A DNA stretch of 64,000 nt from Eledone cirrhosa (lineage: Eukaryota): the NCBI GenBank assembly GCA_964016885.1, contig OZ024742.1, forward strand, positions 353,524,001 through 353,588,000. Direction: 5' to 3'. Both the position numbers and the translations under genes were made by a program. The notes below the pieces were generated by a model. It was not told the origin of the DNA and ran no database searches. It saw only the letters and a list, made by a program, of their open reading frames with translations. The stretch's first letter is position 1; the number at the start of each line of letters is the position of its first letter. Below are positions 1 through 13,565 of this stretch, piece after piece.

Positions 1-808
1 AGGGCAGGCAGTTTTCATCTGCCTGGTGGCCATGGCGAAAGAGATTGTGTGGTGGACAAGGTTGAAAGGATTGAATACGGACATTTTCCTCTCCGGCCAA
101 TCCCTGATTAACTTTTTCAAATTTCACTTGAAGAGGAAAATCAAGCTGGAGAGGCAAGTTCTGTCTTCTAGTAAGTTTTTGAAAAGGTGTCTGAAAGTGG
201 CGAGTCTGGTCTCAGTGAACGGGCCCGCTCTGAGTATGCGACTGTAGGCTGGTGAGAGGGAAAAGTGAGAGAGGGCGCTTTCCCTGGTGGTCAGGCTGGC
301 CGTGTCTTTTGTTTGGTTTTCGCCACGAGTGACCCTCGGAGGTTGTCCTCCTCTATTGGGAATTTTGTTGTTTGAATTGTTTTGATTTCTAGTCCGATTT
401 TCGTATAACCTGTTTACATGACCAAAACCCACTTTGTGGTGTCCTGTACTGTTCTGTGCCGTCTATAATGTTTTTCTTCGTGTTAGCCCTTGTGGCCAAT
501 AAAGAAACCATTATTATTAAATAAATCAAGTTTATTTTCCATACAGTTATTCAGAGAATAAATCATTCTCGTGATTTAGATAAAATATGCAAGTCGATAT
601 CTTCATGTAAAAAAGGATATAATTTGCCATTAAAATGTCTATTGAAGGCATTTCGTTTGGAATATTTCTTCTTCATGTCAGTATAATCATATGTGAAATC
701 CTATGGCTTAGTGGTTAGGGAATTGGATTCCTAAACCAGGGATACAATTACGATTCATGGGAATACGTTATATCTTTCAGCTTTATTTCACGTTACGCAT
801 TCTTCCAG

Positions 809-888
809 GTGTTGCCACAGGAGTTAGTATAGGGAATGAAAGGAACAGTGAAAACATCTTTCCTTGGTCCGATCTTTCTCCCCATTCA
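809..888 (+). CDS. Candidate internal exon of unknown gene
   Basis: TCTTCCAG|...|GTAAGC flanks an open frame (G)VATGVSIGNERNSENIFPWSDLSPHS; no homology recognised. Confidence 0.3.
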
Positions 889-1406
889 GTAAGCGTCTCA
901 TGTCAATGATCTTGTCAATAGATCAAAGTTTACAAACCAAATTATTTATAAAGCTAAACCGGATTTCAAAATCTGAGCATATATTCAAGGAAAAAACACA
1001 ATTGAATAACGAACCTAAACGCTCTATCGTAAGGATGGTACATTGTGCAGAAGAATATTTATATTTCAAATGATTAACACATGCTATTCAATGTTTTGCA
1101 AAGACATTCAAGTACAGAACTTAAGTGATGTAACATACAATTGTACAGATATATTTAGTACAGGAATATTTGTCTAATACATATAATTTACGACCGATTA
1201 CTGGGTGCAATGTATATGTAATGATATTTAAACTACATACAGCTAATGATATTACTCTTTGTGAACCTATTTACTATTTAACCTACGATAATATCTTTTG
1301 CATAATATTTATTACAGTATATAGCCAGCCCTAGGTTAATATCTGATTTAAATGGGGACATCTGAAGCACCATTTTTCTACCAATCCAATTTTCTCTCTC
1401 TCTCAC

Positions 1407-1436
1407 TATATATATATATATATATATATGTGTGTC

Positions 1437-1517
<81 letters not shown>

Positions 1518-1518
1518 A

Positions 1519-1590
<72 letters not shown>

Positions 1591-1710
1591 TATGTATTTA
1601 TATATATATGTATATATATATATACATATACATATATATATATATGTGTACATATTGGTGTATAAATATAAATATATATATATATACATATATATGTATA
1701 TATATATGCA

Positions 1711-1759
<49 letters not shown>

Positions 1760-1850
1760 ATGGGTGTATGCGTGGGTGGGCGTGTGAGGGGATGGGTGTA
1801 AGTGTGTGTGTGTATGTGTGTGTGTGTATATGTGCGTGTGTCTGTGTGTG
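1407..1850. repeat. (TA)n/(TG)n compound microsatellite, representative of more than 30 arrays in the window
   Basis: Directly visible. Other large arrays include 12367-12602 (TA/GA), 45026-45369, 56429-56770 and 59665-59843. Confidence 0.98.
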
Positions 1851-2049
1851 AGTGTTACTATTTTGAAGGATGATGTATGTACGTTCATACATATACAAAT
1901 TAAATGTATGTTATTATTGTACACATGAAATGAATAAGGATACAATTCTTCGCAGAGTAGCAAGGAACTACATAGCCAGCGGTAAATAGTATTTGAAGTA
2001 GTGCACTTAAAAATAGACCAATTTACAGACAGTATACTTGGAAATAGCG

Positions 2050-2167
2050 AATCATAAAATAAGAAAAATAGTGAAATATTTATATAATCGTAAAACTATT
2101 CCAGAAACCAATGAACATATGTAGATTACAGTTTTTTGTTGTTGAACGGCCCGCCTAACACTATCCG

Positions 2168-2207
<40 letters not shown>

Positions 2208-3400
2208 AGAAAGTACGTCCATAGAATCATTTGATAAAATATATACAGTATTTCCTCTCCCAATCAGCATAATCAACCACACAAACAATCAACTAAACAA
2301 GGAACCTATGAAGAAACAATAGATAAATAAACTATAGCTATCTATCCGCGATAAACAACGACAGGATATTTACCCAGTATTTATATTAGCCCGTGGATAT
2401 ATCTAATCGATGATTAGATATATCGCCAACCATACACAATTAGGTACAAAATCAAAGTTAGAATAAAAAAATGTATATAAGCATACCAAAATTATGTCTC
2501 TACCCCAGATGTTTCATTCGCTTTTTGGAAATATCCGATCAAGGATAAATTCACGAGTTTCGAAATCACCAGGAAAACAAACTCAATTTGACAAACATTT
2601 TTCTTAAATGATCCCCGCCAGAAACGAATTCAAAATGGCTAAGAACTGTGACGTGGTTAGAAGTGAAGTCAGAAAGTGTGTGATTGGTGCCTTACGGCGA
2701 GTGGCATGGTTGCTAGAAAGCGCAGCCTAATACTGCCTAAATTGTTTCTAAACGATATGGGAGATTTTCAAATATATAGGTTTATATATACATAAACTAG
2801 ACAGAGCCATATATATATATATATATATATATGTGTTTTTGGCAACCATTCATGGTGTGGCTCAATGACGAAATAATTAATTAAATAATCCACAATCAGA
2901 ACAATATACAAGAAAGTACGTCCATAGAATCATTTGATAAAATATATACAGTATTTCCTTTCCCAATCAGAATAATCAACCACTTTCTGACTTGACCAGT
3001 AGCCACGTCACAGTTCTTATGGGGTAGAGACATAATTTTAGTATGCCTATATACATTGTTTTCTTCTAACTTTGATTTTGTACCTAATTGTGTATGGTTT
3101 GTGATATATCTACTCGATTTCCATGGGCTATTAGAAATACTGGGTAAATATTCTCTGGCTGTTGATCGCGGATAGCTATCGTTTATTTATCTATTGTTTC
3201 GTCATAGGTGGCTTTTAATCTTATAGCCTTGTTTAATTGATTTTTGGGGTGGTTGATTATGCTGATTGGGAGAGAAAATACTGTATATATATTATCAAAT
3301 GGTTCTATGGACGTACTTTCTTGTATATTGCTCTGATTGTTAATTATTTAATTAAGTAATTCGTCATTGAGCCACACCGTGAATGGTTGCCAAACACACA
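2050..3400. repeat. Interspersed repeat family with fold-back arrangement
   Basis: ~2205-2505 is inverted at ~3020-3330 and ~2830-2980 is inverted at ~3250-3400. A further opposite-strand copy lies at ~12600-13130. Confidence 0.7.
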
Positions 3401-3434
3401 TATACATATATCTATGGCTCTGCCTAGTTTTATG

Positions 3435-3556
<122 letters not shown>

Positions 3557-4255
3557 ACGCCATTTTTATCTTATCTGTTTATTTATTTATTTATGTTTGT
3601 CTTCTTCTCTACCCATGGGTTTGCGTGTGTGCATATTGTTTCGTGTGTCTGTTTGCGTTTGGCTGACTTTGTTTTGGTTATTGTATTCTCTCTTAGTTTA
3701 CTAGTGTGTGTTTATATGTGTTTGTTGTTATTGTGCTTGTTTATATATTTATTTATATTTACAGAAACACAATAACAACAAACACATATAAACACACACT
3801 AGTAAACTAAGATCGAATACAATAACCAAAACACAGTCGCCCAAACCCAAACACACACACCAAACACTATACACACACGCAAACGCATGCGCATAAAAGA
3901 AGACAAAAATAAAGAAATAAATATATATATTTATATATATAGGAACATAATCAAAACCACGACGGCAGAGTTCAAGCCGTTTCGACGGCTATTTCTCAAC
4001 TAAACTTAAAAAAAAAGAAATTACAAATTTCAACTTAGTCCAGAAAGAGCCGTCGAAACTGCTTGAGCTCTGGAGTCGGGGTCATAATTATTTTCCTATT
4101 ATCCACTCTACTAACTAAAGTATCGAGTACACTGATGCGTTATCGTCCACCTGGTTCCGTAACACACTTCCTTCGTTATATATATATAACCCAGAAAAAA
4201 GAAAAAGTGAAAAAAAAAGTTTTTCTTCCTAATAATCGTCTTGTTTCCCTGTTTT

Positions 4256-4321
<66 letters not shown>

Positions 4322-4502
4322 ACAATAACAGAGAAAGCCGTAAGCTATACTCTGACTGGCTACGATCTCACTCAATAAACATTAGGATATACCTTAGTAT
4401 AATCCCAATTTAATGTTTGGCGTGCTAACTATATGTATTTTGTGGAAAGCCAGTTGCATTATTTTATATGAGATATAATTAAAATTAAAATATATCTCTC
4501 TT

Positions 4503-4624
4503 TCCAAACAATTGTTTCATTACAAGTTTTCTACAAGTTGGGAGAATGCGTCCGGTTTATGTAGAAGCCTACATATTTTCCTGTAAAAACATATGCAGGT
4601 GGGCACATATAAATCATCAGTGGA
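4503..4624 (-). ncRNA. Type I hammerhead ribozyme, intact core, 95-nt stem II domain
   Basis: Minus strand reads UCCA-CUGAUGA-U-UUAUA...UGUAA-U-GAAAC-AAUU-GUU-UGGA. Stem I is UCCA/UGGA, stem III is the palindrome ACAAUUGU, and there is an internal hairpin UAUGUAG-GCUU-CUACAUA. Confidence 0.75.
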
Positions 4625-5243
4625 TGCCCGTCAAACATTGATAAAGAAAAAATATTTCTTACCGCTGTTAGTTTTCGTGTTAGCAAATTATTCCTTCACA
4701 CATCATAATGACCGCCAAATTTGAAATTCCAGCAGTCTCAGAATGAGGAATTTCACAGCGTCACGAAGCGGAAAAGGGAGGCAATCGCGAAACACAAGAA
4801 AGTAAAATAATTTACACGTGTGTCAAATTCATTTTTTCAACAACATTAACCCTGCGTGTTAAGAACTCAATTAGATTTTTAAAAAATAAATGTATGCATG
4901 TATTAATTATACACGCATATAGATATTTTCTTAGGCTAAAAACAGAGATATGATACCAAAATAAGAATCAATATTTCATAATAATAATAAATACGGAAAT
5001 TTACGCTTAAAAGGTATCTGGAAATATACTTATCTGGCCAAATCAAGAGTAAAATATTCAATACAATAACAGAGAAAGCCATAAGCTATACCTTGACTGG
5101 CTACCATCTCACTCAACAAACATTAGGATATACCTTAGTATAATCCCAATTTAATGATTGGGGTGGTAACTATATGTGTTTTGTGGAAAGCCAGTTGTAT
5201 TATTTTATATGTGATATAATTAAAATTAAAATATATCTCTCTT

Positions 5244-5360
5244 TCCAAACAATTGTTTCATTATAAGTTTTCTACAAGTTGGGAGAATTTGTCCGGTTTA
5301 TTTAGAAGCCTACATATTTTCCTGTAAGAACATATGCAGGTGGGCACTTATAAATCATCA

Positions 5361-5362
<2 letters not shown>
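5244..5362 (-). ncRNA. Second copy of the same hammerhead (5' strand of stem I truncated at the (TA)n junction)
   Basis: A-CUGAUGA-U-UUAUAAG...CUUAUAA-U-GAAAC-AAUU-GUU-UGGA, with a perfect 7-bp stem II base. Confidence 0.7.
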
Positions 5363-5442
<80 letters not shown>

Positions 5443-5751
5443 AATAAACAGCATGATACATAACTATTCCATTACACAAGGTTTCACGAAGTTAGACGAT
5501 TCTAACAGATATGTCATCAACTGAAATATCTATTTTAGAATAATGATATATAAAATGGCTCTCTACTATACATAGTGGACCCTTCTTACCTATAAATGTT
5601 CTACGAAAATACATTAACATATATACATATATATATAGGGAGTATAACTTGGATTTACCGTACGTTCACCCGGGTGAGCAATCGATGTTTAGGTTCACTT
5701 CCGTGTTGAAGTGTAGAGCTATATATTTTAGAGAGTTATATAGCATTTTAA

Positions 5752-5839
5752 AGGGTCCGCCGAGATGCAGATTATTGAGTCGGGTAAGATCGCTTCAGAT
5801 CGAACCTTGAGCTGATCAGTGGCGAAACGCGCGTCACCT
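5752..5839 (+). ncRNA. Degenerate hammerhead motif
   Basis: AGGGU-CCGCCGA(degenerate core)...GAAAC-GCGC-GUC-ACCU. Stem III is palindromic and stem I can pair; the core has 2 mismatches. Confidence 0.4.
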
Positions 5840-5885
5840 ACCAATAAATGTAATGAAGGAGTAACCATCGTCCTTGTTATCCTTT

Positions 5886-5979
<94 letters not shown>

Positions 5980-6849
5980 AATGTAACGTCCAGTTTCTCT
6001 GGGTTCACGAGAGTGAGCACTCGACGCGTAGTTTGAAGTAGGTATAGAGGTGTAGAAATAAGCAGAGTGTAGTAATAATAGTAATAATAACAATAATAAT
6101 AATAATGATTTCATTTATTAGCCACAAGGGCCGATATGTAATAATAACGCCGATTTGTGACGCGGATTCACGCGGATATCACTATTGATCAGCTCAAAGT
6201 TCGATCTGTATCCACCTAGTTGGACTATGGAATCAAAGCCTCGTTGGACGTTTGCTGTGGTAATTACAGAAATAACGTCTTGGGAATAGAACATCAATAA
6301 AAGGATTCATATTCATTCATGGCGGTCAGTTAATGTTCGCTTTGATTGGTGTGTTTGCTAGAAGGATTGTTTTAGTGTGTGTGATAGGTTAGGGGGAATG
6401 ATTATAATGAGAGGTGGTGTTGGGGAGCGATGGTTGGTGTGAGTTGAGGGATCCTGGTATTTCATACACATTACGGTGTATATGGTGTGAAGCGAGGATG
6501 CTAGGTACGAATGTGGTGAAGGTTATCGCTACAGGTGATGTGAGGTGAAAGGGCGCGGCACTGTACTATTGGGTGTGGATTTTCTCTTGGTGAGAGGTCT
6601 GTCAGAGAGGAATTAAAAACAATAAAGAAAAGCAAATTAAACTTGGTTAAGTATAAGGATATGGTTGTGGTGTGTAGGTGTCTAATGTTTTCTGTGATGT
6701 GTTTATTAGGTGAACGATATATATTATTAAAGGTGTGTGTAGTACTAGAAATACACCCTGACAGCCGGATTTGTATCTGCCGTAATAAATCACGATGTCA
6801 TCTTCAGGGAAATTTGCATCATAACAAATATCGGGTAGAAATGTTTGGT

Positions 6850-7150
6850 TGAAACATGGAACACAATTAGTAGCTATATCGGCGTAATATTCATTTAAGT
6901 TGTAGATGTGTAACCACACGAACATTTTCAAGGACTGGACCACTAGACTGGTGGACTTCATGTGGACGTTAAAAATCACTAGCTTGGATCTCAAGCTACA
7001 CTGGAGTATAGAGCAACGCGCTGCTGCGTATTCCGTGGGTGCTGGCCGTTGCAAAGTCTGTGAAGCGGAAAACATGCAAATCGCAACTTAAAACATATTT
7101 TGGTTAACCTCAACTCCAAGATCATTATATCTTGCAGGTACGAGCGAAGT
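6850..7150 (+). mobile_element. PLE GIY-YIG endonuclease C-terminal remnant
   Basis: SYIG codons at ~6871, followed by ...DFMWTLKITSLDLKLHWSIEQRAAAYSVGAGRCKVCEAENMQI. This matches the PLE EN tail pattern (W-x-LK...W-SI...AY...RCxxC..EK) also seen in the other PLEs here. Confidence 0.7.
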
Positions 7151-7693
7151 TGAAAGGTTTTCTGCGCTTAATTCTCCGGAATAGGAGCGCAGCGATTGCT
7201 TGGTACATACGAACAATGGGAGGCATGCCCCACCTGTGCACTGGGTCGGTTCAGCGGTTCATTGAACACCTGATTCGAACTTTTGGCCCACTCAGCATGA
7301 AGAAATTTGTTTTTATTTGAACGAAAAAATGCATAACATCTTACACAATGTAAAACGCACGCGTAAGTAAACACATACATATACAATCACAACGTATGGG
7401 CACATATGAAACTTGTTCATACATCCTTTATATCGGAATATATATTTCTGTGATCGGCTATCTGATCACTACAGACAATATATTAACCATCCGCCGGATT
7501 ATATATGAAAAATCCCTTTCGCAACTGCAACTGATCCATTTCTATTATATGTGTTTCTTACTAACAGAATAGTATATCCGTATGATTTCTTTTACACATA
7601 TGGGTGTGATTGTGGCTCTATATGTACGGGCTCATATGTATATATATATATATGTGTGTGTATATATATATATATATGTGTATGTGTACGTAA

Positions 7694-7724
<31 letters not shown>

Positions 7725-7730
<6 letters not shown>

Positions 7731-8350
7731 GAATTGATGCTCTGAAATACCGATATATATATGAATGTATATATAGTGTATTTTGCAATACACTGTGTGC
7801 TTAATTAAAAGCATTTCGAAGACCTTTCGCTATTGTTTTAGAGTAGTGACAGAATCACTTACTTTAAATTTTTAGCAAACAGGGGGAGTAATTGGCTTTG
7901 ATATGTACCAAAAAGCCCGAAACAGAGCTCTGTCAGCTTTAGCTCTCTTGTTTGCTGAAAATTTAAAGTAAGTGAGACTGTCAATACTCTAAAACAATAG
8001 CGTAAGGTCTTCGAAATGCTTTTAATTAAGCATACAGTGTATTGCAAACTACACTATATATACATTCATATATATATCGCTATTTCAGAGCACCAATTCT
8101 AATTTTCAATTTCTGATTATTACTAGAATTCTATAACAATCAAACATTCATGATTTTCAGCAAACATGTGGAGTACTTACGTTTGATAAGTACCAAAAAG
8201 TAAGAAATAGAGTTCTGTCACCTTTATCTCCCCTGTTTGCTGAAAATTTAAAGTAAGTGAGACTGTCCCTACTCTAAAACAATAGCGTAAGGTCTTCAAA
8301 ATGCTTTTAATTAAGTATTGCAAAATACACTATGTATACATTCATATATA
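7725..8350. mobile_element. Non-autonomous fold-back repeat with two degenerate minimal hammerheads
   Basis: ~7725-7885 is inverted at ~7945-8105, with a further direct copy at ~8180-8350. HHR-like motifs at 7895-7937 (GCU-UUGAUAU-GUAC...GAAAC-AGAGCUCU-GUC-AGC) and 8181-8221. A related fragment lies at ~30650-30790. Confidence 0.55.
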
Positions 8351-8454
8351 TATATATATATATATTATATGATATATTACCCACTCTACTACCTTAAGTA
8401 TGGAGCACTCTGGTGCGTCCTCGTTCATCTGGTTCCTCACCACACTTTCTTTAT

Positions 8455-8498
<44 letters not shown>

Positions 8499-8689
8499 TT
8501 AAGGATACTATTTATGGTTATGTATATACTAAAACCTTTTATAGTTATATACCCTAAATAGTGACAGACAGTAATTTATTCCTACCTTATTACCAGTCAG
8601 ATAAATAGCTCAATATAATAACATCAGTTGTTCTACAGGGCAGTTATATAGAAATCACATCAATCAAAGTTCTGTTCAAACCATTTATT

Positions 8690-8737
8690 AGCTTACAATT
8701 GTTTCGTCCAAACCGAGGTTTGGTGTCTTCGAAGCAA
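8690..8737 (-). ncRNA. Minimal type I hammerhead in PLE 3' terminal repeat (core slightly degenerate)
   Basis: GCU-UCGAAGA-CA-CCAAAC-CUCG-GUUUGG-AC-GAAAC-AAUU-GUA-AGC, with a perfect 6-bp stem II and palindromic stem III. Confidence 0.6.
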
Positions 8738-11467
8738 TTATTTTCAATGATTGTTTACATACATGACCTCCTTTCCAACACAAGAGACATCCAGAAACAT
8801 ATGTATATATCGATGTACAGTGGGGTGACATCCATTATAATATTTTAGCAGTGCAATTTACATTCAAAAATTAAAATCATATTAAAAGAAAATTAAAACA
8901 AAATTAAAGTTAAAATACAACATCGGCAGTTTACGAAGATAATGTAAGAGGATAGTTTGAAGTAGTTAGTGTATGCAATAGTTACACGTGGGGCATGCAC
9001 GTGTGTCTTATTTATATAAACTTAATGTGCGGCAAGGTGTTATATGCAATACAAGCACTTTAAGCGGGTAAACAAGAGTATTATGGGGGTTGTACTGGTA
9101 AAGTATTTTTTATGTATGATAAAAAAGCTTGTGTGCAGAGAAATATTAAAGATGAGAAGCAAAATAATGTTATGGTTTTCGTATAAACCACTATTTTCAA
9201 AATCCAGGAAACGTAATATATAGATTATATGTCCTTCACATAATTCACGATGATTCAGTATTGTAAGCTTGATGTATTAGGTTAGATTATTTCAACATGT
9301 TGTTCTTTAATCAAATTTTATAGAGCAGGTTGTTTTTGTTGCGAGAATTGACATCGTTTTATTTTCCGGAAGTATGTGTGTGATAAATGGGATTTAATCT
9401 TGAGGGGAGGTAACTATCTGATTTCTATAACTAAATTTATTATTCCAATGTACAGTAAACGGTATCCCAATTGAGCCCCTTACATATATGGTTATAAACA
9501 GTTTCCAAATTTAAGTATCCTATCTTTAAATTACAGTCTACTCTATCAAGAAATACTAATGGTATCCATATTAGGATGATTACCCTCTATCACAGAGTGC
9601 CACCACTAAATATTCGACATGAAGAGTCAGATCTCCAAATCAATGATCTTTGTAAATGTAGTCTACCCACAGAACCTGGCAGGGTTTTATTAAAACTACG
9701 TCTATATACAACCCCGGGTAAGCTCTGGGTCAGCGCATGTCTCATTGCATGGCAAAGTTAAATATCTCTAGGTTAGACCAGGGAGCAATTCTCACTTACA
9801 ATGTCATTAATCTGTCTATCAAGTCATTCATATATGCATAACTCATACACCACTTGTACATAATTCATTGTACTCAACATATAGGTTATATAGCTCTTTT
9901 ATGTTAATAAATTAATAAAGTAATCTTATATGTATCCAATGATGGCACTCCATAGACAGAACAACAATAGCACAAACAATTCAGTGTTTAAAGTTTACAT
10001 TTAATTATATAGTGGTGTACTGCAGTCTAAGTAATTGAATGCAATCATACTAAAAGTAGATGTACATAGGGATATTTCTAGGGTAAAAGGTTCTAGATAG
10101 ATGTGACAATTTTTGTTAAGATAGGGTGGATCATTGAGTGTGGAGTTTTGCTGTAATATGTGCCCTTGAGGTGTGTTGCTAGAAGTGGTGATGGGTTCAA
10201 GTCTGACGTTGCTATATATTGGGTTTAAAGTTTTGGAAGGAGTGTCGAAATCGGTGCTGGCATGACGCGGACACTTCTGATGTTGTATTAAGGAGGTTAT
10301 GGTTAGAGAAGGTAATAGTATGGGTCTCTAGTAGACAGAGGTTACAACAGTTATTAGGTGTTTTTTACGATGTCGCCTTACCTATCACTTCCCATTTAAG
10401 TGTATAAGATCTATTTTTAGTTTTTAGAAAGTGTGTATAGCTAGATAGTGAAGTGGAGTTGGCTAGACTGTGTTTTTTGAAAGAGTGGAGGTGCGAATTG
10501 TATCTGGTTTTGAAGCAGTTTGAAGTAGAACCTATATAGGTTTCAGAAGTGTTGCTAGTTGTGACGGTGCATGAGTATATGATATCCTTGATTAAGCATT
10601 TTGTATCTAAAGGCAGGTTCTATTAGATCTACAGTTACAATTATTCTGGGTGTTAGTCTGCCGGTTATTATGTTGCGTAGAAGTCAGGATGGTAGCTGTA
10701 GGATTATGGTTATGGGGGTTGTCGTTACTAGCGTTATTGCTTACACTAGTGCTATTACTATTATTACTATTGTTATCAGAGTTAATTGAAATAATGTTAT
10801 TTTGAAGGTTTACCGCCTGTTGTGATTTAGTTTGTTGGAAGTAAGAATTATTTTTTCTTTTATTGCTGCTAGCTATGTGGTATGCTATGTTAGGCGTAGT
10901 AGAGTAGGAGATTTTAATTGTGCTTTTGTTTAAAAGGCTTTGGCACAGATGGGAAGTGTTTTTATCTAGTAGTGAGAAGAAAGCCTTAGGTAGGTTGGTA
11001 GATACGTTTAGATTGAAAGGAGGGTTGAAAAATGTATTATTTCTTCTTCGATTTTTGTTTTTTTATGTCTGAGGATTTGTTTGCTTCTATGGTACTATAG
11101 TAACTTCTGTGGTGTGGGTTACTTTTGTTGGCATCCTTCGTATTAGTGTGTGTGTGGTTGCTATTCTTATTACTAAATTTCCTCATGGACATATTGTGCG
11201 AAATAATGTTGTAGCTATGGGTTTTAGCAGGTAGGAACTCGATCTCTATATTATGGCCTGATCTAGCTAATGCCTCATTATAATATTGCGAGTTTTTGCT
11301 AAATATGTTTAAGTCATAAGATAGATTAGAGATTCTATTAGATACTCCCTTAGAGATATAATTTAATATTGATCTAGGGTGGTTAGACTTGGTATCTAGG
11401 TAAATCAGTTTTTCGTTAGGTTTATGGAAAGGTGTATATATCTTTGAGTCTAGGTAGAGTGTGGCGT

Positions 11468-12259
11468 CTAAGAAGTTAACGTTTTTAGTGTTTTGTCTAT
11501 GGTGATACTAAGGTTATAGTTTTTGAATGTCCTGTGCAATAATTTTCTAGTTCTTTCTATATTGAATTTGTTATAGTCTATAAGTAGAAGTGCATCATCG
11601 CGGTACAAACCACCGTTGAGGTATGGAAGGTCCTTATGGATTTCGTTGAGTAAATATAGGCCGACCAAATCAGTGACCTGCGCCGAGTCACTAGATCCCA
11701 TTGTTATGTCAAAGTTGTTTTGCGTATCCTTGCGGGTCCATAATTGGTCTTCAAAAGTGATTACGGTTTTACGAGCCGCAAGTAGGACATCAATCTGGGG
11801 TCTAGTCAGGTCACTATTCTCCATGGCCATGATTAGTGCCTTATTTAATAGGATAGGGGAAATAGAGGTGTAGTATGACTTGATATCAAATTCAATACAT
11901 ATTTTATCCTTGTTATCCTTGATATCTTTGAACCATTCAATATCTTCACCCGTATTTCCCCATTGTTTAAGGTATACCTTGTGTTTAATCTGTGGGATGA
12001 TTTTATCTAAAATGTTCTTACTGATAATGCCAATATCAGACTTGGAAAGGCAGATAAGTCTAATCGAGGGGTTGCTAATGAAGGCCATGGATACGTGAGA
12101 CAACATAACCGAGATGGAGATAATAGCTACCAGATTATAAGAAAACCCCAGTTGTGATCTGAGAGAAAACACGTCAACAAGTGAATAAGGAGAAATACCA
12201 CGACGATATAATTTGTGGTAGACGCGCGTTAAAACAGATATGAAGAGCTTCCGATTCAA
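11468..12259 (-). pseudogene. PLE reverse transcriptase fragment
   Basis: Contains the YRDD catalytic motif and TMGS motif. The RT-like part begins near 12080 (NPSIRLI); the first ~60 aa are probably non-coding junction sequence. Confidence 0.85.
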
Positions 12260-12365
12260 GAATTAGGTACGATCATTAATAGATCTTTCCTGGAGCTGAT
12301 TGACAATTAAACATGTGTAATATGTAATTAAACAAATATATAAATATATGTCTCACTACTAATAC

Positions 12366-12496
<131 letters not shown>

Positions 12497-12529
12497 TGAG
12501 AGAGAGAGAGAATGAGAGAGAGAGAGAGG

Positions 12530-12607
<78 letters not shown>

Positions 12608-13508
12608 GTTTGGGCAATATTGGGCAGCGCTTTCTAACAACCAACTCACTCGCTGTAAGCAACCGATCACACTCTTTATAACTTCATCACTGCAAGGTCA
12701 CAGTTATTCGCCATTTTGAATTCGTGTTTGGCGGGGGTCACTTCAGAAAATAATGTGTCCTAGTGAGTTTGTCTCCTGACTAGTTTGAAGCTCGAGATTT
12801 CATCCTTAATAGGATATCTCAACATGCGGCGAAACCCAACTGTAGGGAGATTATCCTGGTATGTATATACGCATTTCTAACTTTAATTTTATATCTAATT
12901 GTGTATGATTGACCGTATATTTAATTGATTTCAACGTGCTGTTGAAATGTTGGGTAAAATTCTATAGCGGTTGGCCGCGAAGAGATTGCTATCGTTTATT
13001 TATTTACTGTTTCTTCATAGGTGCCTTTTAATATTATAGCCTTGTCTAATTGATTTTGTGTGTGGTTAATTATGCTAATTGGGAGAGGAAATGGTGTATA
13101 TATATTATCAAATGATTCTATGGACATACTTCATAGTATTATATATATATATACATATTCGGTTTGTTTGTTTGTAAATTACAAACAGCCCGAATTACGC
13201 CGTACAGTGTTCAGGCAACCATGGCCTCCCTATTGTTCAACGCTGACAGAGGAACGATGTACTAGTTTCAAGCTGATTAGCTATCGTCAGCATCGTATAC
13301 CATCCTGCCAGATTATTGAACGTCTGAAAGTATCTACTTTCCTCATGCATATCAACGGCTGAGCAGTCTAATTTGCAAATCGTTTCAGTTAGTCGGCCGG
13401 GCGCACCGAATACGATAAATGGGAAAGAATGAACTGAAATTTCATTTCTCACTCTTAGTACGGCTGATACTTAAATGTAAGTATGTATGTATACGTATAT
13501 ATTTTTTT

Positions 13509-13560
<52 letters not shown>

Positions 13561-13565
<5 letters not shown>

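Larger units (their letters stand above)
4318..5362 (-). mobile_element. Non-coding retrozyme-like / non-autonomous PLE-derived element with two direct repeats, each carrying a hammerhead
   Basis: 4318-4621 is repeated at 5059-5362 (offset 741). Each repeat contains a minus-strand HHR. No ORF of 60 aa or more lies wholly inside it, and (TA)n flanks both sides. Confidence 0.75.
8500..12360 (-). mobile_element. 5'-truncated, frameshifted Penelope-like retroelement (Neptune-like RT + GIY-YIG EN)
   Basis: RT motifs FDIKSYYTSI, FDITMGSSDSAQVTDLVGLYLL and GLYRDDALL in ORF 11468-12259. Thumb/linker at 10850-11460 (FNPPFNLNVSTNL...KIPYST). EN IIYSC...TYIGSTSNCFKTRYNSH...CNLCLLE at ~10220-10600. HHR near the 3' end; (TA)n flanks. 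Confidence 0.9.

Noticed and set aside
124-432. 102-aa minus ORF in GC-richer sequence at the window start
   Set aside because: No recognisable motif. Probably part of a retroelement cut by the window edge, so it cannot be assigned.
1278-1963. Long ORFs rich in YI/HT/VC/LS/RE (also near 12276, 17793, 33453, 45019, 56206)
   Set aside because: They are translations of dinucleotide microsatellites, which lack stop codons.
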